Assembly: GCA_049521795.1 (NCBI GenBank)
Contig: JBEKOM010000011.1
Span: 1 to 64,000, forward strand
DNA: 64,000 bases
DNA from: Candidatus Bathyarchaeia archaeon
GTDB taxonomy: Archaea > Thermoproteota > Bathyarchaeia > Bathyarchaeales > Bathycorpusculaceae
Reading direction: 5' to 3'
Shown here: positions 8,969 through 19,395 of the stretch, piece by piece
How positions within the stretch are numbered: position 1 is the first letter of the stretch
Layout of the letters: each line of letters starts with the position of its first letter
The notes under the pieces: generated by a model
What the model was told of the DNA's origin: nothing
What the model saw: only the letters and a program-made list of their open reading frames with translations
The model's database searches: none
Position numbers and translations under genes: made by a program

Positions 8969-9948
8969 CCTGCCTCTTTCAACAAGGCAAGTATTTCTTT
9001 TTTCTTCAGTCTGCTTGTCTTGTCGCTCGTGAACTCTTGTGCCAGGTCCTTATGGTTAAGCAGCGAGCCGGGATGGATGATGAAATATTGGCCAACCGAA
9101 GCAGTGCAATTGATCTCGTACTCGTTTATGAGACACTCATGGACTTTCTCCCCTTCCCTTAATCCAACGATTCTAAGCGGGTATGCTTCGCCAGCCATTG
9201 CCTTAGCAAGATCCAGCATGTTACAAGCTGGTAGGTTTGGAACGAATATTTCGCCACCCTTCATATGCTCAGTGGTGTACAAGACAAGTTCTATGGCCTG
9301 TTTCAGCGTGATGAGAAATCTGGTCATTTCTACGTCAGTTATCGGCAGAGGTTCCTTCTCCTGAATAAGCTTTTTGAAGAATGGAACTACAGAACCGCGA
9401 GACCCTATGACGTTACCATAACGAACAGCTGAGAATTTAGTCCTGCTTGAGATTTCATTGGCAACCCATATCTTCTCCGCTATCCCTTTTGTCATGCCAT
9501 ATAGATTGACTGGTTTCACTGCTTTATCGGTTGAAACAAATATGGCTCGCTCTATTTCATTTTTAATCGCGGCCCTCTTCACGTTCCATGTCCCCTCTAC
9601 GTTTGTTCTAACGGCTTCCAATGGAGCCTCTTCGCATGAGGAAATTATCTTTTGGGCTGCTGCGTGATAAAGCGTTTGCACATCCTTGCTTGTGTCTAAT
9701 ATCCGGTCATAATCACGAACGTCGCCAAGCACAAAGTTGAGTCTTCCATCGTGAAATTCTCGGTACATATCCAACTGTTTTTCTTCATCACGTGATAAAA
9801 CTATGATCTCTTTCGTGTCACCTTTCAGCAGTTCTTTCACGATGGCGTGACCGAATGAACCCGTACCTCCTGTAACCATTATTGTCTTTCCAGCATTAGA
9901 TTCTGTTCTCATTCTAACCGCACCCTTTAGGATTCCAATACTTCCCAT
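8959..9948 (-). CDS. UDP-GlcNAc 4,6-dehydratase (PseB/FnlA/CapD-like)
   Basis: VTGGTGSFG, SRDEEKQ, STDKAVKPVNLYGMTK, VRYGNVIGSRGSV, GLREGEKVHE. Confidence 0.92.
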   Translation of the reverse strand: MGSIGILKGAVRMRTESNAGKTIMVTGGTGSFGHAIVKELLKGDTKEIIVLSRDEEKQLDMYREFHDGRLNFVLGDVRDYDRILDTSKDVQTLYHAAAQKIISSCEEAPLEAVRTNVEGTWNVKRAAIKNEIERAIFVSTDKAVKPVNLYGMTKGIAEKIWVANEISSRTKFSAVRYGNVIGSRGSVVPFFKKLIQEKEPLPITDVEMTRFLITLKQAIELVLYTTEHMKGGEIFVPNLPACNMLDLAKAMAGEAYPLRIVGLREGEKVHECLINEYEINCTASVGQYFIIHPGSLLNHKDLAQEFTSDKTSRLKKKEILALLKEAGWA

Positions 9949-10043
9949 ATATCTTTTGGCTTTTTCCTCTACAGATCCTGCGCGTGTAGATCAGAAGTGC
10001 GCACTAATGAGTCCCTCACAAGCCGATGAGGCGTTGTATTGAT

Positions 10044-11189
10044 TTAGCGTGTGCGCCCAATAGATCCTGAACGCCCGAACTCATGAACGGTTGTCAAGAT
10101 ATCGACAAGCTTCTCACCAATCGATGCGGCACTATGTTCTTCAAGATAGTGTTTGTAGCCGTTTTCTCGTAGCGATTCATAGAGCAATTGGTCGTCGTAG
10201 ATTTTGTTGACTGCAATATCGATGTCTGCCGCGCCTATCACAAGGGTATCTACCCCTTTTCTCGCACAGTAATCGTTGTGAGTCATTACAAGAGGGGTTT
10301 TTGTCGCCCAGCACTCTCCTATGAACCCCCATCCTCCGATTTTTGCAGGAGTATATGCATAGTAACAACTTGAAAGCAATTCAAGGGTTTCATTCCTTGA
10401 CAATTTGATAATATGTCGTATCTTGGAACCGTATTTTTTCTTTAGCTCTGCAATCACTCTAAGATCTCCACTACCGACAAAGATGAATTCTTCAGTAGGT
10501 GTTCTCTCCATCAAGAGGGGTATTGTTTCAAGAAATTCATCGGTGTTCTTGAGTCTCGAAAAAGCACCAGCATACATGGCTCTTCCTTTGAATCGACTAT
10601 TTGCAGGTGTGTATTCTTGAGGGAGTTGGTTTGGCCAAGGTACATAAAAAACCGGCGTATCCATCGTCGAAAGTTCATTCAGGACGTATTTGTCTTTAGG
10701 ATAACATGTAATGATTGCATCTGACCACTTACAGAGCCATTGCCAGTATGCCCTACCATAGGGTATTCCCTGGATTTGCATTGCAAGGCTGAAAAGCTTG
10801 CTTCGGCTTTTTCCCAGAGCTATAGCGCTTGCCACTTCAACCAATAGAACAATAGGGACGCCCAAGTGTTTTCTTAGTTTCACAGCTATTCGCATGTTTT
10901 GTTGTTGCGAACAAAAGATTACATCTGGATTAAACTTGTTTGCTATTCTGAGCACTTCACTTATGTGCCTTTCAGGAAAAAACGTCATTTCAAAAGTGTT
11001 TTTGTATGGTCTGTAGACTTGTATTCCATCCATTGGTTCATATCTTGGAGACCTATCGATGCTCTTGGACGGATTAGTCTGCGCCGTGACTATGGTTATT
11101 TCGAGACCCATTTGACTCAAATGTAGAAGTAGTTGCGCAACATCATTCCCTTCTATGTTCAATCCGGGATATAAACCAAAGATTTTCAT
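10044..11189 (-). CDS. Glycosyltransferase family 4
   Basis: GT-B fold pattern: MYAGAFSRLK, GWGFIGECWATKTP. Confidence 0.8.
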   Translation of the reverse strand: MKIFGLYPGLNIEGNDVAQLLLHLSQMGLEITIVTAQTNPSKSIDRSPRYEPMDGIQVYRPYKNTFEMTFFPERHISEVLRIANKFNPDVIFCSQQQNMRIAVKLRKHLGVPIVLLVEVASAIALGKSRSKLFSLAMQIQGIPYGRAYWQWLCKWSDAIITCYPKDKYVLNELSTMDTPVFYVPWPNQLPQEYTPANSRFKGRAMYAGAFSRLKNTDEFLETIPLLMERTPTEEFIFVGSGDLRVIAELKKKYGSKIRHIIKLSRNETLELLSSCYYAYTPAKIGGWGFIGECWATKTPLVMTHNDYCARKGVDTLVIGAADIDIAVNKIYDDQLLYESLRENGYKHYLEEHSAASIGEKLVDILTTVHEFGRSGSIGRTR

Positions 11190-11312
11190 TTTCTGTCCTC
11201 TATTCCGGTCTTCCCTGCTGGTTGGGCGCGGACGATCCTATTATCCTGATGGCACTACCGCCCTGGAGGCTTCGTAGATTTCCAATCAATAGGTAGAGCG
11301 CTCGAATTTATG

Positions 11313-12929
11313 TTAACCTGTGGGCGCATATGTGAAGTTTGAGCTTTTTAGTGCTATGTATGAAGAACCAGCGTCATATATCACGTTGAGTATGTTTTCA
11401 TGAAGAATACTATCTGTGGTATAATTATATCTTAAGAGGTTAATGCCCAAACCCACCGTATAAACTATGCAGTCATATTCTTCAATCCTCGGGAAAAGTG
11501 GAGAATACACGTCGTCCTCAAAACGGACTGGGCTGGGTTGTTTGGCTTCCAAATAAGTTATCACTCTATAGTGCGCAAGCATGAGACTTGGATTTGTCCA
11601 GTTATAATGGTCTATTAAAAAGTTTTCAGTTTGATAGTCCACTCTTGTCTGGAAAAATATCTGAGAGCTACCAAATGTGCCGTGAATCGGAATAAAAACA
11701 AATAGAATTATTAATACCAAAAAAAGTGCTATCACATATGGCCTAAATCTGGTTTTTAAGAAATATGCCGCTCCTAGAGAAATTGGCATGAAAATTAGTG
11801 GAATTGCACGTGAGCCTAGCGCAGAAAGTCCGATACCAACAGTGGAATAGACCACTCCTGTAAGGAAAATTGCTATGTCAAGATCCCTCATTTTTCTTTT
11901 AATTAACAATATAGTAAAACCGGCAAAGCATATCATTATAGTTGCTATTGTGACGTATCTGGAAAACATTTGAGCTATTTCGTCAAATGGAACGGAAACA
12001 GGTGCCAGTATCGCTTTGGTTATGCTAGAGTATTCACTGGGGTTAGTAAATGCAACTATTATGTTATTGAAAAACGAAGAACTTGCTTGGGAGAGTTGTA
12101 CCAGAAGATAAATGATCAAAGTCATTAAGGCGAGGCGACCATGTTGGCTGCTTCTGTGGAGCATAAATCGTATTAATAGGTATAAAATAAAGAACAAAGG
12201 AACAAATGCGTGGGTAAATGTGATACAGGTAAACAAGACTAGCTCCGTCAGTATCACATTAAGGTTCTTCTGTCGGGTTTCCAGCATAAACAGAAGAAAG
12301 AGAAGCCCAAAAGCAAGTGAAAAAGGAACATCTTGATAGTTCAAGAAATAAAACATTGCAGCAAAAAAGGTCACTACCGCTAAGAAGCCTTCATGCTTGT
12401 AGGCTCTGGAAGCATATGCATACATGCCTGTAGCCAATAGAAAACCTATGATCGTATACAATAAGAATTCAAAATTCGCTAACCCCAATCCGCTGACGGA
12501 AGTTGCCATGTCGCTTAACAAGAAGAAAGAAGGCCACTGAAAATAGCTATGACCTAGTTTTGAAGCATCCAAATCTTTTGTTTTAATAAAATATTCTGTC
12601 ATGCCTCTGAAGGCTTGCGAATCAGAACCTGGCATCATGTAGTAGAAGTAGGATAATGAATATATAGTCAATACAATGCCAATGGCAGCTATCCATTTCA
12701 CGTATTGGTTTTTGAAAGAAATGCTGATCATGCACATTGAGCCTAGCAACAATGGCACACTGACCCAGTATAAGAGCGACACATGGTTAAAAATAACGTC
12801 AAATATGGAATCCATTGACAGTGGATAACTTGACCACCAGGCGTAAACCATGAGTATTAAGCCTGCGAAAAACGGCAGGAATAGTATGAATAGTACTTTA
12901 TTCTTTTCCAAACTTAATACCACAACCAC
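11313..12929 (-). CDS. Polytopic membrane protein (GT-C/polymerase-like, archaeal glycosylation cluster)
   Basis: More than 10 hydrophobic segments, loop GSDSQAFRG, YFQWPSFF; location in the cluster. Confidence 0.65.
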   Translation of the reverse strand: MVVVLSLEKNKVLFILFLPFFAGLILMVYAWWSSYPLSMDSIFDVIFNHVSLLYWVSVPLLLGSMCMISISFKNQYVKWIAAIGIVLTIYSLSYFYYMMPGSDSQAFRGMTEYFIKTKDLDASKLGHSYFQWPSFFLLSDMATSVSGLGLANFEFLLYTIIGFLLATGMYAYASRAYKHEGFLAVVTFFAAMFYFLNYQDVPFSLAFGLLFLLFMLETRQKNLNVILTELVLFTCITFTHAFVPLFFILYLLIRFMLHRSSQHGRLALMTLIIYLLVQLSQASSSFFNNIIVAFTNPSEYSSITKAILAPVSVPFDEIAQMFSRYVTIATIMICFAGFTILLIKRKMRDLDIAIFLTGVVYSTVGIGLSALGSRAIPLIFMPISLGAAYFLKTRFRPYVIALFLVLIILFVFIPIHGTFGSSQIFFQTRVDYQTENFLIDHYNWTNPSLMLAHYRVITYLEAKQPSPVRFEDDVYSPLFPRIEEYDCIVYTVGLGINLLRYNYTTDSILHENILNVIYDAGSSYIALKSSNFTYAPTG

Positions 12930-13042
12930 TTCTGCACACGTATTCGTGCAATATGTGTGCTTGTGTCGAACATGTGGACGAGAACGTTTATTAAATCGTA
13001 GTACTCATCTGGTCGCTAGGATCATAGCGGAGACAGGAAGAA

Positions 13043-14287
13043 TTGCGAAAACCAACTGGATTTACAGTATTTTTAGCTCCGGCATTCTTGCTTTTCATTA
13101 TCTTGTGTAGCAGCCTTGTCTTTTATGAAGTAAACGCCTTAAGCTCCTCCACAACTACAATATCTACTTCAGGTTCCATTTCTCAAGCCGTTGCTAGTAC
13201 CTTCTTGCACACGAGCGGAACTAACATTTACGATTCAAACAACGAACAAGTGATCTGGAACGGCATCGTCACAAAAACCCTTTTAGGATATGAAATGTAC
13301 GCTTCAGCTGGGGTTCTTCCTGAGGATCTATCTACAACCGATATAGACACCATTAGTAGCCATGGTTTAAACTTCGTACGTTTGGGCATAGCACTTTGTT
13401 CTGCCGTTTACGGTCAAGACTACCACAATCAGACACCTACAAAACTCAACTATTATCCTCGTTTTTGGAATCTGTTAGATTCAATCGTAAATGAAGCGCA
13501 AACCCACGGAATGTGGGTTGACATCACTTTTATGACCACTGACTTTGTATGGTCGGGTATCGGTGGCTACTGGGGTGTCGGTAACGGTTTTCCAACATGG
13601 ATGTACAACGGATCATGGAGCTACTTCAACAAGATTTACACAAACGATGCTGCTGGCAGATCAGATGCAATACGTGACTTCTGGAACATAAACGATGGCA
13701 CTGCGGCAAACGTGAGAACTGCATATCAAACATTCTGGAAAGACTTTGCCTACCACTTTAGGAACACGCCGAACGTGGTTTTCAGCTTGTACAATGAGCC
13801 TCAAAACAAATATGGAGGACCCGAACTTTGGGACAGCCTAAACGGTCATCCGACGCAAACCCAAGGAGCTCAGATGTACGAGTCTTTCATGGAAAACACC
13901 ATTGACATTATCAGAAGCCAAGATAACGGAAAACATGTTATCCTTATCAATGATGCATATTTCTGGAGTTACAGCACCAATCCACAAATTCAGCGCCCAA
14001 ACATAGTAGTTGAATGCCATTCATATTCTGGCGTAAGCACTAGCTTCTTCAACTTAGGCTGGCGTTACAATCAACCTTTTTATGTTGGTGAGTTTGGTGG
14101 TATAGAGCAGGGATTGCAAAGCGAGTCAGCCACTATTTCAGTGATGCAGACATGCAACAGCTACAACGTCAGTTGGTGTTATCTACGGTATAATAATCCT
14201 GCAACTGGAGGGAGTGCGACCCCTTCAGTGCAAACGTGGACTGACCTACGGAACAATCTGAATCCTGACTTAACCTATTGCTCGTGA
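13043..14287 (+). CDS. Secreted glycoside hydrolase family 5 (cellulase-like)
   Basis: N-terminal TM/signal, GLNFVRL, LYNEP (acid/base), ECHSY, YVGEFG (nucleophile). Confidence 0.88.
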   Translation: MRKPTGFTVFLAPAFLLFIILCSSLVFYEVNALSSSTTTISTSGSISQAVASTFLHTSGTNIYDSNNEQVIWNGIVTKTLLGYEMYASAGVLPEDLSTTDIDTISSHGLNFVRLGIALCSAVYGQDYHNQTPTKLNYYPRFWNLLDSIVNEAQTHGMWVDITFMTTDFVWSGIGGYWGVGNGFPTWMYNGSWSYFNKIYTNDAAGRSDAIRDFWNINDGTAANVRTAYQTFWKDFAYHFRNTPNVVFSLYNEPQNKYGGPELWDSLNGHPTQTQGAQMYESFMENTIDIIRSQDNGKHVILINDAYFWSYSTNPQIQRPNIVVECHSYSGVSTSFFNLGWRYNQPFYVGEFGGIEQGLQSESATISVMQTCNSYNVSWCYLRYNNPATGGSATPSVQTWTDLRNNLNPDLTYCS

Positions 14288-14328
14288 GCAGGATAACTGT
14301 ACTAGGTTCAACAGCAGCACTATCGCTT

Positions 14329-15579
14329 TCATTTGTTTTCGACCCATCTTAAATAACGGTCGAGGTTCGTTGCGACTCTCTCGCACGTGTACTTGCTTTC
14401 CACAATTGTCAGTCCCTTTTCACCCCATTCTTTAAGTTTCTCTTTGTTGTCGTGGGCAAACGTAATGGCCCCTGCGATTTCAGCGGGGGAGATGGATGAC
14501 AAATAAATTCCACAATTGTTGGTTCCAACGATTTCTCGATGACATGGAATGTCTGTTAGAATGACTACTTTTTTCATGGCTAGATATTCAAGCAGTTTTA
14601 ATGGGCTTTGATTCCTCCATTGCGGTATATCAGGCAATGGAACTATTCCAACATCACACATGGCAATGTACTTTGGAACCTCTGTATAACTCACGGCGTC
14701 ATGAAGGACTACTCTATCTTGAAGCCCGCCGTTTTGAATTGCTTCTCTCATGTCACGAACTGTCTGAATTGGTCCTGTGCCTAGCATAAAGAGGACAGCA
14801 TCAGGACATCGATCCTTCAATATTGACATAGCACTTATTGCATCCATTAGCCCTCTACTTTGCCCGAACCCTCCATGATAGAAAACCATGAATTTGTGGC
14901 TTAATCCAAGGTTTTCTCTCAACTCTATTCCTTCCTGGACGTGGGATTCGGGCCGAAAGAGCTCCACAGGTACACCACTTGACCAGACCCCGACCCATTG
15001 TGGGTCGATACGGAACCTACTGCAGATTTCTTTTTTCATTAAATCGGTTATGATCGTCATTCCATCCAATGTGCTCTTTGCTACGTAAACAGACGCACTA
15101 AACATAAGATTCAGTAGATACATACGCAACCCAATTTCTCGATTCGTGTTTTCAATCGGCGTCGGCGTACTTCGCACATCAAGGATGACTTTGGCTCCTA
15201 GCAATTGATAAAACGGGAGCATCAGCATCAAGCCAAAAAGGCTATCCCAGTCGACTATTACGAAACGTGGTTTCACCCTGACGAGGTAGAGTGGAAAAGA
15301 GAAAAATTGAACGAGACCGGAGATAACATGGTATTTTAACGGTACATTCTTTCCTAGAGCTATCGAAAACAAGTGTATTTTTGAATTTCCGAATTTAGGT
15401 TTCTGTTTGGAATAGCTTGAAACGTAAAAGATCTCATACCCGCGTTTCGTCAAACAGTGCAAGATCTTTGTCTCAGCTTTCGCGTATAGGTCGATGTCTA
15501 GCAGCATGTTTCTCACCCAGACGATTCTCTTCGGTTGAAGGCTTGTGCTTCTTTTCATTGCGTGACAAGTCCACTCCAA
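14329..15579 (-). CDS. Glycosyltransferase family 4
   Basis: YHGGFGQSRGL, SPLKLLEYLAMKK. Confidence 0.9.
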   Translation of the reverse strand: MEWTCHAMKRSTSLQPKRIVWVRNMLLDIDLYAKAETKILHCLTKRGYEIFYVSSYSKQKPKFGNSKIHLFSIALGKNVPLKYHVISGLVQFFSFPLYLVRVKPRFVIVDWDSLFGLMLMLPFYQLLGAKVILDVRSTPTPIENTNREIGLRMYLLNLMFSASVYVAKSTLDGMTIITDLMKKEICSRFRIDPQWVGVWSSGVPVELFRPESHVQEGIELRENLGLSHKFMVFYHGGFGQSRGLMDAISAMSILKDRCPDAVLFMLGTGPIQTVRDMREAIQNGGLQDRVVLHDAVSYTEVPKYIAMCDVGIVPLPDIPQWRNQSPLKLLEYLAMKKVVILTDIPCHREIVGTNNCGIYLSSISPAEIAGAITFAHDNKEKLKEWGEKGLTIVESKYTCERVATNLDRYLRWVENK

Positions 15580-15892
15580 TATGCTGATTCGTTTATAGAC
15601 GCCTTAAAGCTCAAAACAAGTCATGGATGCAGACTCTTAAAGCAGACGCTGCTGCGTTGGAATCATGCTCCTGCGGGCTGCCAAGTGGTGATATCATTCT
15701 GCTTGCAAGGTGTACTCCTCATTGGAATAGGTAAGGAATATTCGATTTTCCCGTGGGGAAACAAGATTCTACTAAAATCCGAAACTTCTGAAAATAGAGC
15801 GTTGCCTCGTCCTGATTGGCTTAAAATGGCTGTTATTCTTTTTTGAGCTTTGAGATTGAGTTTCCGTGCGCGCGCTAATATCAGTGTGCATG

Positions 15893-16924
15893 CTAGTCTG
15901 AGAGTCGTTGCCAAATGTTTGGCGGAAATGCTTTGCTGGCTAAGCTATATAGAGGAAGCAAAGCTCTGCTTATTCTCGGAGACAAAGAGTATTGAAGTTC
16001 CTTGTGGACTCTTAATTTGATAGCCAACATGCCTTTCTTGGAAAGCGGAACATAATATCTTGGGATGACACATTCTCTAAAGCCATTATCCATCTTGAAA
16101 GAATCTAGACTGGGCAGATAGCCCATTTTCCCATAAACAATGAAGCGAAAACCTTTCTTAGAACATCTTTTAAGGCCCTCGGCCATTAATGCATTGTTTG
16201 GAGATTTGTTCCGATGTTTGATAAGAGACACGAAACTCCTAATCTCAACCACTCTGTCTCCATAGACCATCCATAGAAGACCCACTAATCCACCATCATA
16301 ATAAGCACCAAGAACCTCAGACTTGCTTAGATTACTAAATTTTGCTCTTAACGTCGCTAAATTCAACCCATAACCAGCATACCTCCGACCTTGTCTAATC
16401 GGCGTCTCGTTATAGATTCTCTGCGCGCCTATAACGAAATTCTCATCTATTTCAGCCAAATTTATCACAATTCCCTTTCTTTCTGCATTGCGTATTCTAT
16501 TTCGTACATCCTTCTTAATCTGAAACCTCCACCAATCCTCAAAGGAATTGATTTCCAGAAGCGAGATTGAATCATTTTCACAAGGAAATGCGCGATTTTG
16601 TCCAGATCTCAGGAAGCTTCTCTCAGCGAAAGTAAATAGATCCACACCTTTCTTCTTGAGATCCATAAAGGTTTCGTTTGTTATATCAGCTTCGTAGATG
16701 TATCCTAGGGAGTATTTGGCCTGTAGGTAGAAGAAACGTTTTCCTACAGTTAGGACATTAGTATCTTCTGGGTACTCATGACTCCCGCTATTGACAATTA
16801 GTGTTCTCATTGGTGAACGACTTCTGCTTAGACAGTTGTAAATCGGGAGTAGCCCTTTCTCGATCTCTTCCGGCAATTTGATGTGAAAAGCGCGCTTAGG
16901 CGCTGAATCAGCGTACGCTAGCAT
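15893..16924 (-). CDS. GNAT/FemAB-like (CelD/BcsL-type) acyltransferase; true start probably downstream
   Basis: FEDWW...KKDVRNRIRNAERKGI, SPNNALM, SLDSFKMDNGF. Confidence 0.7.
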   Translation of the reverse strand: MLAYADSAPKRAFHIKLPEEIEKGLLPIYNCLSRSRSPMRTLIVNSGSHEYPEDTNVLTVGKRFFYLQAKYSLGYIYEADITNETFMDLKKKGVDLFTFAERSFLRSGQNRAFPCENDSISLLEINSFEDWWRFQIKKDVRNRIRNAERKGIVINLAEIDENFVIGAQRIYNETPIRQGRRYAGYGLNLATLRAKFSNLSKSEVLGAYYDGGLVGLLWMVYGDRVVEIRSFVSLIKHRNKSPNNALMAEGLKRCSKKGFRFIVYGKMGYLPSLDSFKMDNGFRECVIPRYYVPLSKKGMLAIKLRVHKELQYSLSPRISRALLPLYSLASKAFPPNIWQRLSD

Positions 16925-17586
16925 TTAGATGCGCAGACGATGATCCATGGACTAATAACCGATAACTTGTCCAGCCTGAGCAGTCTGACGATTTTGCCAA
17001 AGAAAGGAATAAACTTATTGTTTGATTCTCTGTTCAACAACAACCAGTTGTATCCCTCTTCTTGGATGATTCTGAAATTGAAGCGATTGAGCAATTGAAC
17101 AGCCTCCCCATATGAATAGGCATCTTGCACGTAGTATTTCTTGCGAAGTCGTCTCAGTCTTGACTTTAGACTAGACGTGTTTCCAAATGAGAGAATTAAT
17201 GATCCTTGTTCTTTGAGAATTCTATACATTTCTCTCAGTAGCGTTTTCGTTTCTGTAACATAATCGAAGATTTCGATCAAGAACAGGATGTCAACTGTGT
17301 TTTCCCTTAGTGGAAGAGCTGTAACATCTCCAAGAATGACATTCGATGAATGATCCCGGGATTTTAGCCACTTCAATGAGCCAAGGTCCCTGTCTAGCGA
17401 TATGACGTAGGCACTCTTTCGCAAGGCAAGAATAGAGAATTTGCCACCTCCAGAACCTAAGTCGGCAATAGTTTTATGGTCAAAATCGACGGATTTTAGA
17501 ATAAAAGCGGTTTCGATGCTCGTCAAATAGATGCCCATCTTAGTTTTCGCCGTTCTTTCCCATTGCGGCTCAGCCATAATATTCAT
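16918..17586 (-). CDS. Class I SAM-dependent methyltransferase
   Basis: ADLGSGGG, GDVTALPL, EMYRILKEQG. Confidence 0.88.
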   Translation of the reverse strand: MNIMAEPQWERTAKTKMGIYLTSIETAFILKSVDFDHKTIADLGSGGGKFSILALRKSAYVISLDRDLGSLKWLKSRDHSSNVILGDVTALPLRENTVDILFLIEIFDYVTETKTLLREMYRILKEQGSLILSFGNTSSLKSRLRRLRKKYYVQDAYSYGEAVQLLNRFNFRIIQEEGYNWLLLNRESNNKFIPFFGKIVRLLRLDKLSVISPWIIVCASKC

Positions 17587-17599
17587 TTGCAGACCCCTC

Positions 17600-18241
17600 T
17601 CAAAGGAGCACGTTGATTATTTCTTTGTGAACGAGAAAAAAAGGCTGATTAGCGTTGAGTATCGGAATGTTCTGGGATTCTGCAATCAGGCGAAAATCGT
17701 TTCTTCGACGTGTCAAATACTTAAGATCTGGGACATCACATTTTCTTTCAAAGGCGGTCATTTCATCTACGTCAATCAAGAACACGATGGCAGATCGAGG
17801 CTTCAGGTGGAGTATGAGCTGCCCAATCCGTTTGTGGTGTAGCTCTTCATCATCTACGTCGACCATGATTTCAACAAGAATGTCGTAGATAAAACGATCG
17901 CACACAACTGCAAATCCAAATAGAAGCGACATGTATACTTGCATAAAGACGAAAAGTGCAAGATCCATAAGCTGAATCCAAGGCCATACCAATGCAACCG
18001 GTCTATTTCTGTGGTATTGGTGCTCAGAAAAAATCAATCGGTTTGATAGGTAGCGAGTCTCTGTAAGGCCCAACATGCGGCAGATGACCATGAAAGGATA
18101 GGAAAGAAAATAGGGTGCACCAAACCAAACGTATCTGCATTTCTTGCCAGACTTTTGCAGGCAAGAGACTATTTCAAGCGCGTGGGTTGTTTTCCCGCTT
18201 CCATCAATTCCACTCAAGCAAATCAGCGTCATCCCATACAA
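17600..18241 (-). CDS. Thymidylate kinase-like P-loop kinase
   Basis: LSGIDGSGKTT Walker A, VVCDRFIYD. Confidence 0.85.
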   Translation of the reverse strand: MYGMTLICLSGIDGSGKTTHALEIVSCLQKSGKKCRYVWFGAPYFLSYPFMVICRMLGLTETRYLSNRLIFSEHQYHRNRPVALVWPWIQLMDLALFVFMQVYMSLLFGFAVVCDRFIYDILVEIMVDVDDEELHHKRIGQLILHLKPRSAIVFLIDVDEMTAFERKCDVPDLKYLTRRRNDFRLIAESQNIPILNANQPFFLVHKEIINVLL

Positions 18242-18273
18242 CTCTTCTAATCATAGCGCGCTAGTGACGTATG

Positions 18274-19386
18274 CTAATCCATGGACAAACCGAGTTTAGT
18301 TTCATCATTCATTGGAGCATTTCTCACGGGGTTGAACTTCCTTTTCATAATATCCGCAACGACAAAGTCTATGTTGTTCAATCTTTCCGATAAGGCCAAG
18401 TCTGAGTCGCCCATTACTTTTCGTACAAAGTAGAAAGCTGAAACAGCGTAGGGTATGGTGAGAACCGCGAGGCCACTTCTGGTGGATTTCGCAGTCTTGA
18501 GTATGAGTTTGTCACATGGTCTTATCGATTCTACAATCCTGGAGAGCACATCTTTTGGAAGCAGATCCCTACTGAACAGAAGAGCATAAGACTTGTTTGC
18601 AAGCAGCAATGCTAAATTCAGCGCATTAATCCATCCCAGTCTATGAGCATGATTGAAAACATAATCCCATTCTATGTTGTGGCTCTTGATACATACATCC
18701 AGTTTCAACAAATCATGAAGGGCAATTTCATGATTCTCAAAAAAAAGATGCGCGATTGTCACTAGTATGCAATCCTCTGGAGACGGAGCATAAAAGCCTC
18801 CATTTTCTGTTACAGTCGTACGTCTACTCCAGAGATCTCTTGTATCTATGAACTTTGTTCCCTCCCATTCCACCCTTGTGTGAATGTGAACAGGTAATTC
18901 ATCAAAAGCGCCCACTTTTCTAAACAGAAATTTATGCTTCTCTCTTATTTGTGGAAGCTCGGCGTATCCGATGCGTTTCAGCATTTGCACTACTTTCGTG
19001 AGATCATAAGGCTTTATCAGAACGTCGAGATTGTCACTCTCGTATGGATAAGAATCGGCGGACTTTATCAGTATGAAGTCTATGCCCTGTCTTGAAAACT
19101 CATTCTTGACTTTGTCGAATGCGCACGAGTCATTTTCGATTTTGGAGTGTAGGCCTTGACAGAAGAGTTTGATGACGGGAAGCTCACTGAGGAACTTATC
19201 GCTTGAACCAAAGAGTGTTTCGAGGTTCTTCTCAAAATCGATTGCCACATGGTTTCTTTGGAGCGTTTCAATAAGGCGGCGCTCGTTCAGGCCGTGGAGA
19301 TCAGACAAAGAGCTCGTTCTTTTGACGGGGGGTAGGTCAAAGGATCGAGCCACAAAAATGAGCTCTTTGCTTGTTTGTCTCAACAA
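18274..19386 (-). CDS. Nucleotidyltransferase family protein (NTP_transf_5-like)
   Basis: GIDFILIK...SDNLDVLI, PVHIH, PSPED...AHLF. Confidence 0.8.
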   Translation of the reverse strand: MLRQTSKELIFVARSFDLPPVKRTSSLSDLHGLNERRLIETLQRNHVAIDFEKNLETLFGSSDKFLSELPVIKLFCQGLHSKIENDSCAFDKVKNEFSRQGIDFILIKSADSYPYESDNLDVLIKPYDLTKVVQMLKRIGYAELPQIREKHKFLFRKVGAFDELPVHIHTRVEWEGTKFIDTRDLWSRRTTVTENGGFYAPSPEDCILVTIAHLFFENHEIALHDLLKLDVCIKSHNIEWDYVFNHAHRLGWINALNLALLLANKSYALLFSRDLLPKDVLSRIVESIRPCDKLILKTAKSTRSGLAVLTIPYAVSAFYFVRKVMGDSDLALSERLNNIDFVVADIMKRKFNPVRNAPMNDETKLGLSMD

Positions 19387-19395
19387 CCACCGACC

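Noticed and set aside
15663-15914. 83-aa ORF between the GT4 and GNAT-like genes
   Set aside because: No recognisable motif, spans a GC octamer, could be a remnant; unsupported.
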